The notes under the pieces: model-generated | What the model saw: the letters and a program-made list of their open reading frames with translations, nothing else | What the model was told of the DNA's origin: nothing | Databases searched by the model: none | Shown: piece after piece, positions 19,220-28,535 of the stretch | How positions within the stretch are numbered: position 1 is the first letter of the stretch | How the letters are laid out: each line of letters begins with the position of its first letter | Made by a program: the position numbers and the translations under genes | From: Pirellulales bacterium | Lineage (GTDB): Bacteria > Planctomycetota > Planctomycetia > Pirellulales > UBA1268 | Assembly (NCBI GenBank): GCA_040397685.1 | Contig: JBBAVM010000003.1 | Location: 1-61,930, forward strand | DNA: 61,930 nt | Reading direction: 5' to 3'

Positions 19220-21583
19220 GTGGCCGAGGACTTGAGCGGATTCTCGATGCTGGAGCTGTTCCGCCTCGAAGCGGAAGGGCAGACGGCGATCCTCTCCGCC
19301 GGCGTGCTGGCCGTCGAGGAGCTGGAACGCTCCCCCGAGACGATCGAGGCGATGATGCGGGCCGCGCACTCGCTCAAGGGGGCCGCGCGGATCGTGGGAC
19401 TCGATCCGGCGGTGCGGGTGGCGCACGCGATGGAAGACTGCTTCGTCGCCGCGGGCAAAGGCCAGTTCCGCGTGCGTCCTGAACATGTCGATCTCCTGCT
19501 GGCGGCCGTCGATTTTCTCGCGACCATCGCCCGGGCCGACGACGCGCTCGCGCCGGAGAGCCGCTGGGCCGCCACGGCCGACGCGCTCGTCACCGAGCTC
19601 GGAGCGCTCCTGGAGCCTGTGAGCCCATCGACCACCGGTGTGCCGGTTCCCCCCGTCGCCGCGGCTCCGGTCACCGCCGCTGCTCCCTCCACCGTGCCCC
19701 CGGCGCCGCCTGCGGAGACCACGCCGCCGACCGCGAAGCCGGCCCAGCAGGCTGCCGAGGAGCGGCCGGCCGCCGAACCGCCGCCGCCGGCCGCAGCCCC
19801 GGCCGGCTCGGCACGGGCCATCGAGCAAGCCGACCGCGTCGTGCGCGTCTCGGCCGACAGCCTGACGAGACTCGTCGGCCTTGCGGGCGAGTCGCTCGTG
19901 GAGACCAAGCAACTGCGTCCGTTCGTGGATTCGCTCCTCAACCTCCGCGCCGCCCAGGTCGAACTCTGCGACACGATCGCCGCGGTCGAGGAGCGATTCA
20001 AGACCGACGACGCGGCGATCCCCGCGCCCCTGGTGGGCCTGGTCGCGCGGGTCCGCGAGCGGGCCGACGCCTGCCTGACAACGCTCATGAAGCAGGTGGA
20101 CGATCTCGAGAGTTTCGCCCGGCGCAACGAGGACCTCTCGAACCGCCTCCACCACGAGGTGATCGCGAGCCGGATGCGGCCGCTCGCCGACGGCATCCGC
20201 GGCTTCCCCCGGCTCGTCCGCGACGTCGCCCGCACGCTTGGAAAACAGGTGCGGTTCGAGGTCCGGGGCGAGCAGACCGGCGTCGACCGCGACATTCTCG
20301 ACAAACTCGAGGCTCCGCTCTCGCACCTCATCCGCAACGCCCTCGACCACGGCCTCGAGACGCCGCAGGAGCGCGAGGCGAGCGGCAAGCCGCCCATCGG
20401 CACGATCCGCCTCGAGGCCCGCCACCGCGCCGGCATGCTCCACATCACACTCACCGACGATGGCCGCGGCATCGACGTCGAGAAACTCCGCGCCCGCGCG
20501 GTCACGCGGGGGCTCGTGGCCCGGCAGGTGGCCGAGCAATTGACGGAACTCGAACTGCTCGAATTCCTCTTCCTGCCGGGCTTCTCCACGAAGGACCAGG
20601 TCACGGAGATCTCGGGCCGGGGCGTCGGCCTCGACGTCGTCCAGAGCATGGTGAAGGGCGTGGGCGGCACCGTGCGGGTGACGACGCAGCCGGGCCGGCA
20701 GACCGTGTTCACGCTGCAATTGCCGATCACGATGTCGGTGATCCGGGCACTGCTGGTCGAGATCGGCGGAGAGCCCTACGCCTTTCCGCTCACCCGTATC
20801 GACAACATCCTCGAATGCCGCCACACGGACGTGCGGACGGTGGAGGGGCGCCAGTACTTCGACCGCGACGGCGTCTCGATCGGCCTCGTGTTCGCGGCGC
20901 AGATCCTCGACATGCCCGGCCGCGAGCAGCCGGCCGACCCGATGCCCGTGGTCGTGATCAGCGACCGGGGCCAGCAGTTCGGCATGATCGTCGATGCCTT
21001 CCTCGGCGAGCGCGACCTGGAGGTGCGTCCGCTCGACCGCCGGCTCGGCAAGGTGCCGGACATCAACAGCGCGTCGCTCCTCGAAAACGGCAACCCGGTG
21101 CTGATCGTGGACGTCGAGGATCTCGTCCGCTCGATCGACAACGTGCTCGCCGGCCGCCGGCTGTCGCGGGTGGAGTTCGAGCAGTTGGCGGAGCAGTCGC
21201 GGCGCCGCAAGAGGATTCTCGTGGTGGACGACTCGATCACGGTCCGGGAACTGGAGCGGCAGCTGCTCCAGGCCCGCGGTTTCGCCGTGGACGTGGCGGT
21301 GGACGGCATGGACGGCTGGAACACCTTCCGGGGCGCCCACTACGATCTCGTGGTCACCGACGTGGACATGCCGCGCATGGACGGCATCGGGCTGGTGACG
21401 CTGATCAAGAACGACGCGACGCGCAGGGATGTTCCGGTGGTCATCGTCTCCTACAAGGATCGCGAGGAGGACCGGCTCCGCGGGCTGGACGCCGGGGCGA
21501 ACCGCTATCTCACGAAGAGCAGTTTCCACGACGAGACGTTCGTGCGTACGATCATCGACCTCGTGGGAGAGCCCCTGACGTGA
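19220..21583 (+). CDS. cheA: Hybrid CheA histidine kinase with C-terminal receiver domain (WspE position)
   Basis: GTG start after GGAGGA. Hpt AHSLKGAARIVG, long Pro/Ala linker, RVVRVSADSLTRLVGLAGE dimerisation region, HATPase (NALDHG...DDGRGID...GRGVGLD), CheW-like domain, REC (ILVVDDS...VVTDVDMPRMDG...YLTKS). Confidence 0.93.
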   Translation: MAEDLSGFSMLELFRLEAEGQTAILSAGVLAVEELERSPETIEAMMRAAHSLKGAARIVGLDPAVRVAHAMEDCFVAAGKGQFRVRPEHVDLLLAAVDFLATIARADDALAPESRWAATADALVTELGALLEPVSPSTTGVPVPPVAAAPVTAAAPSTVPPAPPAETTPPTAKPAQQAAEERPAAEPPPPAAAPAGSARAIEQADRVVRVSADSLTRLVGLAGESLVETKQLRPFVDSLLNLRAAQVELCDTIAAVEERFKTDDAAIPAPLVGLVARVRERADACLTTLMKQVDDLESFARRNEDLSNRLHHEVIASRMRPLADGIRGFPRLVRDVARTLGKQVRFEVRGEQTGVDRDILDKLEAPLSHLIRNALDHGLETPQEREASGKPPIGTIRLEARHRAGMLHITLTDDGRGIDVEKLRARAVTRGLVARQVAEQLTELELLEFLFLPGFSTKDQVTEISGRGVGLDVVQSMVKGVGGTVRVTTQPGRQTVFTLQLPITMSVIRALLVEIGGEPYAFPLTRIDNILECRHTDVRTVEGRQYFDRDGVSIGLVFAAQILDMPGREQPADPMPVVVISDRGQQFGMIVDAFLGERDLEVRPLDRRLGKVPDINSASLLENGNPVLIVDVEDLVRSIDNVLAGRRLSRVEFEQLAEQSRRRKRILVVDDSITVRELERQLLQARGFAVDVAVDGMDGWNTFRGAHYDLVVTDVDMPRMDGIGLVTLIKNDATRRDVPVVIVSYKDREEDRLRGLDAGANRYLTKSSFHDETFVRTIIDLVGEPLT

Positions 21584-21593
21584 GACTGCCGGC

Positions 21594-22595
21594 ATGAGGA
21601 TCGGGATCGTCAACGACGTGCGCGCCGCCTGCGAGGCACTGCGCCGAGTCGTGGACAGCCTGCCCGACCACGAGGTCGCCTGGACGGCGGCCGACGGGGT
21701 CGAGGCGATCGCGATGGCGAAACGCGACCGCCCCGACCTGATCCTCATGGACCTGATCATGCCGCACCTCGACGGCGTGCAGGCGACACGGCAGATCATG
21801 GCGTCGGCGCCGTGCGCGATCCTGGTCGTCACGGCCACCGTGAGCGGCAACATCTCGCTGGTCTACGACGCGATGGGCTTCGGCGCCCTCGACGCGGTCG
21901 ATACGCCCATGCTCGGCCCCGCGGGCGAGGTGAGCGGCGCGGGAGCGCTCGTGGAAAAGATCGGCATGATCGCCAAGCTCGTCGGCGCCACGGAGTCGCG
22001 TCGGCCGGCCCGGCCGACGCCCGCATCCGGGCCGCCGAAGCTCGTGGTCGTGGGCGCCTCGACGGGCGGCCCGAAGGCGGTCTCCGACCTGCTCCTGCCG
22101 CTGCCGCGCGACTGGAACGTGGCGGTGGTGGTGGTGCAGCACGTCGATATCGCGTTTGCCCAGGGGCTCGCCAAGTGGCTGGGCGACCGGACGGGCCGGC
22201 CGGTGCGCGTGGCGGAGCACGGCCAGCAACCCGTCGGTGGCGACGTGCTTCTCGCCGGCACGAACGACCATCTCGTCCTCTCGAAGTCCCGCACCCTGGA
22301 GTACCGCGAGGAACCCCGCGACGTGTTCTTCCGCCCGAGCGTGGACGTGTTCTTCGAGAGCGTCGCGGAGCACTGGCCGCAGACCGGCACCGCCCTCCTG
22401 CTCACGGGCATGGGAAAGGATGGCGCCCGCGGGCTCTTGAAGTTGCGGTCGCGCGGCTGGCACACGATCGCGCAGGACGAGGCCTCGAGCGTCGTGTGGA
22501 GCATGCCGAAGGCGGGAATCGATCTCGGCGCCGCGACCGAGGTCCTGGCGGTCGATCAGATGGCCAGATCGCTCGTCGCGCGGCTCACCGTCTGA
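21594..22595 (+). CDS. cheB: CheB-type methylesterase/deamidase response regulator (WspF position)
   Basis: REC domain (IGIVNDV...LILMDLIMPHLDG) plus methylesterase domain (VVVGASTGGPKA...VVVQH...GMGKDG). Confidence 0.92.
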   Translation: MRIGIVNDVRAACEALRRVVDSLPDHEVAWTAADGVEAIAMAKRDRPDLILMDLIMPHLDGVQATRQIMASAPCAILVVTATVSGNISLVYDAMGFGALDAVDTPMLGPAGEVSGAGALVEKIGMIAKLVGATESRRPARPTPASGPPKLVVVGASTGGPKAVSDLLLPLPRDWNVAVVVVQHVDIAFAQGLAKWLGDRTGRPVRVAEHGQQPVGGDVLLAGTNDHLVLSKSRTLEYREEPRDVFFRPSVDVFFESVAEHWPQTGTALLLTGMGKDGARGLLKLRSRGWHTIAQDEASSVVWSMPKAGIDLGAATEVLAVDQMARSLVARLTV

Positions 22596-24039
22596 CGGCG
22601 CCGGCTTCGATCGCCGCCATCGCCTCGAGCGCGGTCGCCTCGCCCCCGGTGAGCGCGATCACCTGCACGCCGACGGGCAGGCCCCGGCTGCCCCGATCCG
22701 TGAGCGCGGCCGCGCGGGCGATCGGATCGCGGTCCGCGGCCCGGCCGCCCTCCTCGTCGGAGCCCACGGTCGTCACGGGCACGGCTCCGGCGGCGAGGTC
22801 GAGCAGGTTGGCGAGCAGGCACGGGAACGCGGCCGGCAGCAATCGGGCGGCCGTGCCGTGCCGCAGGGCCGGCAGGGCCGACACCGGACAGACGATCGCA
22901 TCGCACCGGGCCGCGAGGTCGCGCACTCGGATGGCGAGGTCTGCCCGGGCCGCGAGCACGCGCTCGAGCGCCGCCCGGGCCCGCGGCCCCGTGGCGCGGA
23001 GTGCCTCGGCCTCGATGCGGCGGCCCGTAAGGTCCGCGAGCCCGGCGAGCCAGCGACGCCGAGGTTCCGGCAGCCGGGCCAGGCGCAACAGCCGTGCGAC
23101 GCCCGGGATCGGCCGCGTGCCGCCGAACAGCCGGCGGATGTCGGCGCCTCCGTCGGCGGAAAGGATGGCGAGCAGGATCCAGGCGGCCTCGAGCCCCAGC
23201 CCGCCGTCGAGGGGCACCATGCGGTAGCCGCCGGCTTCGAGCGTTGCCACGGCCTCGTGCACGCCCCGGCTGATCGCCGGCGAGGGCGGAAGCACGCCCG
23301 CATCGGTCCACCACCCGATGCGGCGCAGTGGCGGGGCGGTCGTGAGCCCGTCACCTCCAGGCACGAGCGCCGCATACGCCAGTGCGAGGTCGGACACGCT
23401 CCGCGCGAGAAAGCCGGCCCGCGGACGCACGACCGCGAGGTGCGGGACCGTGTCGAACGCGCCCCCCTCGCCGAGGACGCTCGTGCGCGGCAGCAGCCCC
23501 GCGATGCCGCAGGCGTGCGCCGGCTGCCGGATCGAGCCGGCGAGGTCGGTGCCGACCGCGAGGGGCACGACGCCGGCCGCCACGAGCGCGGCGTCCCCAC
23601 CGCTCGAACCTCCCGGACCACGGTCGGCCGCGAGGGGATGGATCGTGCGGCCCCAGACCGGATTGTCGGTCTCGTGGAGATACATCGCCTGCGGCACGTT
23701 CGCCTTGCCCACGAGGACCGCCCCGGCAGCCCGCAACCGCACGACGATGTCGGCGTCGTGGTCGTCCGGACCGCTGCGGCCCGGGATGCCGAGCGTGGTC
23801 TCGAGGCCCTGAACGGCGAAACACTCCTTGACGCTGACCGGCACCCCGCCCAGCGGCAGACCGGCGACGGCCCCGATCTCGGCGGCGGCCGCGGCATGCC
23901 GCGGCTGGACGAGCGCGTTCACGCGCGGGTGGGTCGCGCGGTGCCGGGCGACGTGGTCGGCCAGCACCTCGGCCGGGGTCAGGTTACCGGCGGCCACGGC
24001 CGCGACGATCTCCGTGGCCGCGGCGGCTCCGCCGCTCAA
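22585..24039 (-). CDS. Amidase-signature (AS) family amidase
   Basis: Frame of ORF 22585..24306, but start placed at TTG 24039, which overlaps the upstream gene's stop (TTGA). SGGAAAATEIVAAVAAGNLTPAEV..., catalytic VSVKECF, GGSSGG, DLAGSIRQPA. The 3' end overlaps the cheB 3' end by 11 nt (convergent). Confidence 0.85.
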   Translation of the reverse strand: MSGGAAAATEIVAAVAAGNLTPAEVLADHVARHRATHPRVNALVQPRHAAAAAEIGAVAGLPLGGVPVSVKECFAVQGLETTLGIPGRSGPDDHDADIVVRLRAAGAVLVGKANVPQAMYLHETDNPVWGRTIHPLAADRGPGGSSGGDAALVAAGVVPLAVGTDLAGSIRQPAHACGIAGLLPRTSVLGEGGAFDTVPHLAVVRPRAGFLARSVSDLALAYAALVPGGDGLTTAPPLRRIGWWTDAGVLPPSPAISRGVHEAVATLEAGGYRMVPLDGGLGLEAAWILLAILSADGGADIRRLFGGTRPIPGVARLLRLARLPEPRRRWLAGLADLTGRRIEAEALRATGPRARAALERVLAARADLAIRVRDLAARCDAIVCPVSALPALRHGTAARLLPAAFPCLLANLLDLAAGAVPVTTVGSDEEGGRAADRDPIARAAALTDRGSRGLPVGVQVIALTGGEATALEAMAAIEAGAVRR

Positions 24040-25730
24040 AAAAGATCCTCGACGGGGGCGACTTTCTTGGCGATCGTCCGGCAATCGCTCGCCCACACGA
24101 CGTCGCCGTCGAAGAGCACGCCCGTGACCATCACGGTCTCGCCGGTCTCGGCCACCGGCTCCGATCGGGAGATCACCGAGACGCTCCGCGGCTCCGTGCC
24201 CTGCACGGTGATGCGAGACGACCAGTACGGTCCGACCTTGCGTGCGCCCTCGAACGTCGCGAGGAGCACCGCGCCGTCGGCGGGACGGCGGCGGGATGCG
24301 AGCCACATCCCGCTCAGCTTCTCGAGCTCCGCCTGCATGGTGGCATCGGCCCCCACGGCGGCGCCGAGCGCCACGACGCCATCGAGCGTCCCGTCGAGAC
24401 TGCGGCCGGAATCGGCGGCGACTTTCTCGAGCAGGACCAGTTGCTCCGCGACGGCGGCGAGCCGCTTGTACCAGCCGACGAGCAGCTTGCGGCGGTCGGG
24501 TGATTCCGGATCGGAAGCCGAGAGCTCCTCGAACGCAGCGGTGGCGTCTCCGACGGCGGCGTCGAGATCCGAGACATCGAGCGGCTCCGGTTCGGGCGGC
24601 GTCACCGGCACCGGCACCGGCGGCGTCTTCATGGCGACGTCGCCGAGCGGTGGGGCCGGCTGGGACTCGGGCGCCGGTTCCGTGGGGGCAGGTGCGGGTT
24701 CCGTCGCCGCGGTGACCGCCGCAGGCTTCGCAGATTCGGCGGGAGCCGGATCGGGTTCGCGGGGGTCCGGGAGAGGCGGCTCCGGTTCGGGAACGACCGG
24801 CGTCTCGCCCGCCTCGGGCTCGGCGGCGGTGGACAGGTTGTCGAGCGGAGAGGCCGCGTCGAGCTTCGGGCCCGACATCTTCTTCGAGCCGCCGGGCTGA
24901 AACTTTTGCGGCAGCAGAAACGCCACCTCCTGCGGCAGCATGCCCGTGAGCTTGAACGGATCGCGCTGGAAGCCCCAGAGCAGGATCGCGTACGTGATCG
25001 GAATCGCCATCAGGCCGCCGAGCACGATGCCGATGAGTTGGCCGAGTCCGCCCCCCTGCGCACGGGCCGCCCGCGTCGCGGCCGGCGCGACCGCCGGTGC
25101 GACTGCGGCTCCGGCAACCGCCATGTCGTCTGCATGAGCGTCATCGGACGCCGGCGCACCGAAAGGAATCGCATCGCCAGACTCGCTCGCCCCGTCGAAA
25201 CCCGAGGCATCGAACGACGGCTGCTCGTCGGTGGAAAAATCGTCGTTCGACGTCTCCGCCGCGAGGGCGTCGGCCCAGTCGTCGGCCGCCGTGATGTCGC
25301 TCGTCGGATCGACCTCGCTCGCGGAGACGACCCCCGACATGCCGGTGCCGAGTTCGACGTGCGACGAGCCCACCGCACCCGGGATTTGGTCAGCGGAGGC
25401 GTGCAGATCGTCCGGGGCGGAAAAATCACCGAAAGCGGAGGCGTCATCGTAAGCCTCGGGAAACGCCGGCGCCGGCTCGGTGGCGTCGGCTTCGGCCGAC
25501 GGAAACACCGCCAGCGGAGGCTCGCCCATCGGGACGACGTCCGGTTCCTCGAGCCAGGCGGAAACATCGCCCAGGTCATCTGCAGCGGCATCGGGCTTGA
25601 GCGACTCCACCGCATCGGCATCGCCCGTGGTGTCGAACGAAAACGTGAAGCCCTCGTCGGCCTGCCCTTCGCCCTCGTTTCCGATACCCGCCCAGGGATC
25701 GGGCGCCGAGTCGTCTTTGTCGTCCACCAT
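24036..25730 (-). CDS. Hypothetical single-pass membrane protein: highly acidic N-terminal region, Pro-rich linker, C-terminal globular domain
   Basis: Start at MVDDKDDSAPDPW (25730) within ORF 24036..25955; upstream codons overlap the carboxypeptidase 3' end. ~260 aa are D/E/A/S-rich. TM segment LGQLIGIVLGGLMAIPITYAILLWGF. No family recognised. Confidence 0.6.
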   Translation of the reverse strand: MVDDKDDSAPDPWAGIGNEGEGQADEGFTFSFDTTGDADAVESLKPDAAADDLGDVSAWLEEPDVVPMGEPPLAVFPSAEADATEPAPAFPEAYDDASAFGDFSAPDDLHASADQIPGAVGSSHVELGTGMSGVVSASEVDPTSDITAADDWADALAAETSNDDFSTDEQPSFDASGFDGASESGDAIPFGAPASDDAHADDMAVAGAAVAPAVAPAATRAARAQGGGLGQLIGIVLGGLMAIPITYAILLWGFQRDPFKLTGMLPQEVAFLLPQKFQPGGSKKMSGPKLDAASPLDNLSTAAEPEAGETPVVPEPEPPLPDPREPDPAPAESAKPAAVTAATEPAPAPTEPAPESQPAPPLGDVAMKTPPVPVPVTPPEPEPLDVSDLDAAVGDATAAFEELSASDPESPDRRKLLVGWYKRLAAVAEQLVLLEKVAADSGRSLDGTLDGVVALGAAVGADATMQAELEKLSGMWLASRRRPADGAVLLATFEGARKVGPYWSSRITVQGTEPRSVSVISRSEPVAETGETVMVTGVLFDGDVVWASDCRTIAKKVAPVEDLF

Positions 25731-25827
25731 GATGTCCTCGCCGGCCGCGAAATGCTTCTCGAAATCAACCCCGCAAAAGTCTACCACCGGCCAAAGACGG
25801 AGGGAAAACGACCGGCGGGCGACGGGC

Positions 25828-27369
25828 TCAGGCCGGCAGCCCGTGGGCCTCGCCGTAACGGCGCCGCAGGCTCGCGACGAGCCATTCCTCCGACACGCCG
25901 CCGCCGGAGGCCCGTTCGACGAGTTCCTCCGAGCCGAGCAGACGGCCGTGGTCATGGACCTCGCGTCGCAGCCAGGCGAGAAGGCCGCCGAACCGGCCGC
26001 CGGCGATGTCTTGCTCGAGCCCGGGAACCGCCGCCCCGGCCGCGTGCATGAGCTGCGCGGCGAACAGGTTGCCGAGCGTGTAGGTGGGAAAGTAGCCGAT
26101 CAACCCTGCGGCCCAATGAACATCCTGAAGAACGCCATCGGCGTCGGTGGGCGGCCGGAGGCCGAAATCCTTCTCGAAGCGGTCGTTCCACGCGTCGCGC
26201 AGATCTGCGACGGCGAGCGTTTCCTGCACGAGCGCCCGTTCGAGATCGAATCGCAGCATCACGTGCAGGTTGTAGGTGACCTCGTCGGCCTCCACGCGGA
26301 TGAAGGATGGCTTGACCACCATCAGCGCCCGCTGGACGCGGTCGGCGGTCGCGTCGGCGAACGCCTCGGGGAAGGCGGCCCGGGCCGAGGGGAAGCACCA
26401 CTCCCAGAACGCGGGCGAGCGGCCGACGAGGTTCTCCCACAACCGCGACTGCGATTCGTGGACGCCGAGCGAGGCCGCCTCACCGGGGGGCAGGCCGAAC
26501 CACTCGCGGGGCAACCCCTGCTCGTAGAGTCCGTGCCCCGCCTCGTGGAGCACGCCGTAGAGCGCGGTGGGGAGGAAGTGCTCGTCCCAGCGCGTGGTGA
26601 TCCGGCAATCGTCCGGCCCGAGGGTCGTGCAGAAGGGATGGGTCGTGGTGTCGAGCCGCCCCCGGTCGAAGTCGAAACCGATCCGGCTCGCGACGTCGTG
26701 CACGAATCGCCGTTGGGACCCCACGGGAAACCGGCGCTCGAGCACGGCGCCGTCGGGTTTTCCCGATGCATCGATGCAATCCCGCATCAGGCCGACCAGC
26801 GCGGCCCGCAGCCGGTCGAACCGTGCCGCGATCGCCCGCCACGAGGCATCCGGCTCGTAATCATCCATCAAGGCGTCGTACGGATCGCGATCCGGCAGCT
26901 GGCAGGCTCCCTGTTCGCGCTTGAGCGCGACCATCCGCTCCAACCACGGGGCGAACATCTCCCAGGACGACTCGGCGCGGGCGGCCCGCCAGGCCTGCTG
27001 GGCCTCGACGCCCGTCTTCGCGAGTTCCACGACGAGCCGGGACGGCAGCCGGGCGTGCTTGTCGAAGTCGCGCCGCAGCAGGCGGATGGTGCCGGCGACC
27101 GCGGGCGGACCCGAACGGCCCAGCGGACCGTCGGCCAGCGTCGCAAGCCGCTCGCCGTGGGCCGGATCGGTCCGCGTGCGGTGCACGATTTCGGCGAGGG
27201 CGGCGGCCTGCTCGGCCCGATACCCGCCGCCGCGCGGCGGGAGATAGGTCTGCTCGTCCCACCCCAGGAGCGCCTCGACGGACGCGAGCCGCGCGGCATT
27301 GCGGGCCTGCCCGCAGACCTCCGCGAACAGTTCCTCGGGCGCTTGGCCGGTGCGTGTCGAGGTCGTCAT
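25828..27369 (-). CDS. M32 (Taq-type) metallocarboxypeptidase
   Basis: Start at MTTSTRTG. LLGWDEQTYLPPRG, zinc motif HEAGHGLYEQG, IRVEADEVTYNLH. Confidence 0.88.
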   Translation of the reverse strand: MTTSTRTGQAPEELFAEVCGQARNAARLASVEALLGWDEQTYLPPRGGGYRAEQAAALAEIVHRTRTDPAHGERLATLADGPLGRSGPPAVAGTIRLLRRDFDKHARLPSRLVVELAKTGVEAQQAWRAARAESSWEMFAPWLERMVALKREQGACQLPDRDPYDALMDDYEPDASWRAIAARFDRLRAALVGLMRDCIDASGKPDGAVLERRFPVGSQRRFVHDVASRIGFDFDRGRLDTTTHPFCTTLGPDDCRITTRWDEHFLPTALYGVLHEAGHGLYEQGLPREWFGLPPGEAASLGVHESQSRLWENLVGRSPAFWEWCFPSARAAFPEAFADATADRVQRALMVVKPSFIRVEADEVTYNLHVMLRFDLERALVQETLAVADLRDAWNDRFEKDFGLRPPTDADGVLQDVHWAAGLIGYFPTYTLGNLFAAQLMHAAGAAVPGLEQDIAGGRFGGLLAWLRREVHDHGRLLGSEELVERASGGGVSEEWLVASLRRRYGEAHGLPA

Positions 27370-27412
27370 GCGGCAGAGTATGCTGGCGACTCCACGGAGA
27401 CGCAAACGAGCC

Positions 27413-28096
27413 ATGCTCGACGCCCTGGTGATCGCCCCTCATCCCGACGACGCGGAACTCGGCATGGGTGGAACGATCGCGCTCATGCTCGCGCAGGGTC
27501 TCGCCGTCGGCGTGCTCGACCTCACCGACGGCGAGCCGACGCCCCGCGGTTCGCCGGAGATTCGCGCCCGCGAGACGGCCGCCGCCACGGCCGTGCTCGG
27601 CATCCCGTGGCGGGAGAATCTCGGCCTGCCGAACCGGCGGCTGCGGGCCACGCTCTCAGCCCGTGGAAAACTGGCCGCGGTGATCCGGCGCACGCGGCCG
27701 CGGTGGCTCTTCGCGCCCCATTGGGTCGATGCCCATCCCGATCACACGGCGGCCACGCGACTCGTCGAGGCGGCCCGCTTCTGGGCGAAGCTGACGAAAT
27801 GCGATCTCCCCGGCGAGCCATGGCACCCGGAGCGGATCTACCACTACGCGTGCGTGCACCTGAAAGTCGTGGCGAAGCCCGCCTTCGTCGTGGACATCTC
27901 CACGACCTGGGACCTCAAGGCCCGCAGCCTGGCCTGCTACGCGAGCCAGTTTCCCCAGACCGCGCCGCGGCCCACGGTTCTCGATCGCGTGGCAGCCTCG
28001 GCAAGCTGGTGGGGTGCGATGATCGGAACGACCCACGGCGAGCCGTTCACGGCCCGTGAACCCATCGGCCTGCGGGGGTTCGCCGACCTCTTCTGA
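27413..28096 (+). CDS. PIG-L / LmbE family deacetylase
   Basis: Start at MLDALVIAPHPDDAELGMGGT; second metal motif HPDH (VDAHPDHTAA). Confidence 0.82.
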   Translation: MLDALVIAPHPDDAELGMGGTIALMLAQGLAVGVLDLTDGEPTPRGSPEIRARETAAATAVLGIPWRENLGLPNRRLRATLSARGKLAAVIRRTRPRWLFAPHWVDAHPDHTAATRLVEAARFWAKLTKCDLPGEPWHPERIYHYACVHLKVVAKPAFVVDISTTWDLKARSLACYASQFPQTAPRPTVLDRVAASASWWGAMIGTTHGEPFTAREPIGLRGFADLF

Positions 28097-28276
28097 ACCG
28101 CCCGACCCGCCCGAATATCGGGGTCGCGCGACGCCCGCCCGGGGATGGCTGGCCCGATCGCGGAGACTCGGGGGGCACGCGGCGGAAGGCTGCTGCGGCT
28201 GGTGGCAGCCTGCCGATACACGAGAAGCCTACGGCCAAGCACCTTGCCCAAAGGCGGCCCACTCGTCCCCGAGAGC

Positions 28277-28516
28277 ATGCCGATGCCCGCCCGCGACATC
28301 AACGTGATCGCCCTCGTCAAGGGCGGCGAGCGCTACGTGTTCCTCTACGACGACGAGAGCCGGGCGGAAACGCTCAAGACCCTGGGGCGGTACGCCGCCA
28401 ACCCCGACCTGAGTTTCTCGTGGTACGACGCCGCGGTGCTGGGCCAGAAGGTGCGGCTCAATGCACCGCAGGCCAACCGCCTGCGGAGCGTGCCGCCGGC
28501 CGACCGCGCCGCCTGA
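28277..28516 (+). CDS. Small hypothetical protein (79 aa)
   Basis: Internal ATG of ORF 28145..28516: MPMPARDINVIALVKGGERYVFLYDDESRAETLKTLGRYAANPDLSFSWYD. Coding-like composition; no family recognised. Confidence 0.45.
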   Translation: MPMPARDINVIALVKGGERYVFLYDDESRAETLKTLGRYAANPDLSFSWYDAAVLGQKVRLNAPQANRLRSVPPADRAA

Positions 28517-28535
28517 TTCGGAATCCTCCCGCGAC

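Noticed and set aside
18853-21853. Minus-strand ORFs 18853..20730 and 19091..21853
   Set aside because: They are antisense to the CheA-REC gene, whose Hpt, HATPase, CheW and REC motifs are all intact on the plus strand.
22585-24306. Full 573-aa version of the amidase ORF
   Set aside because: The first ~89 codons overlap the 3' end of the upstream acidic-protein gene and translate to Arg/Gly-rich filler. The conserved amidase N-terminus begins at the TTG at 24039.
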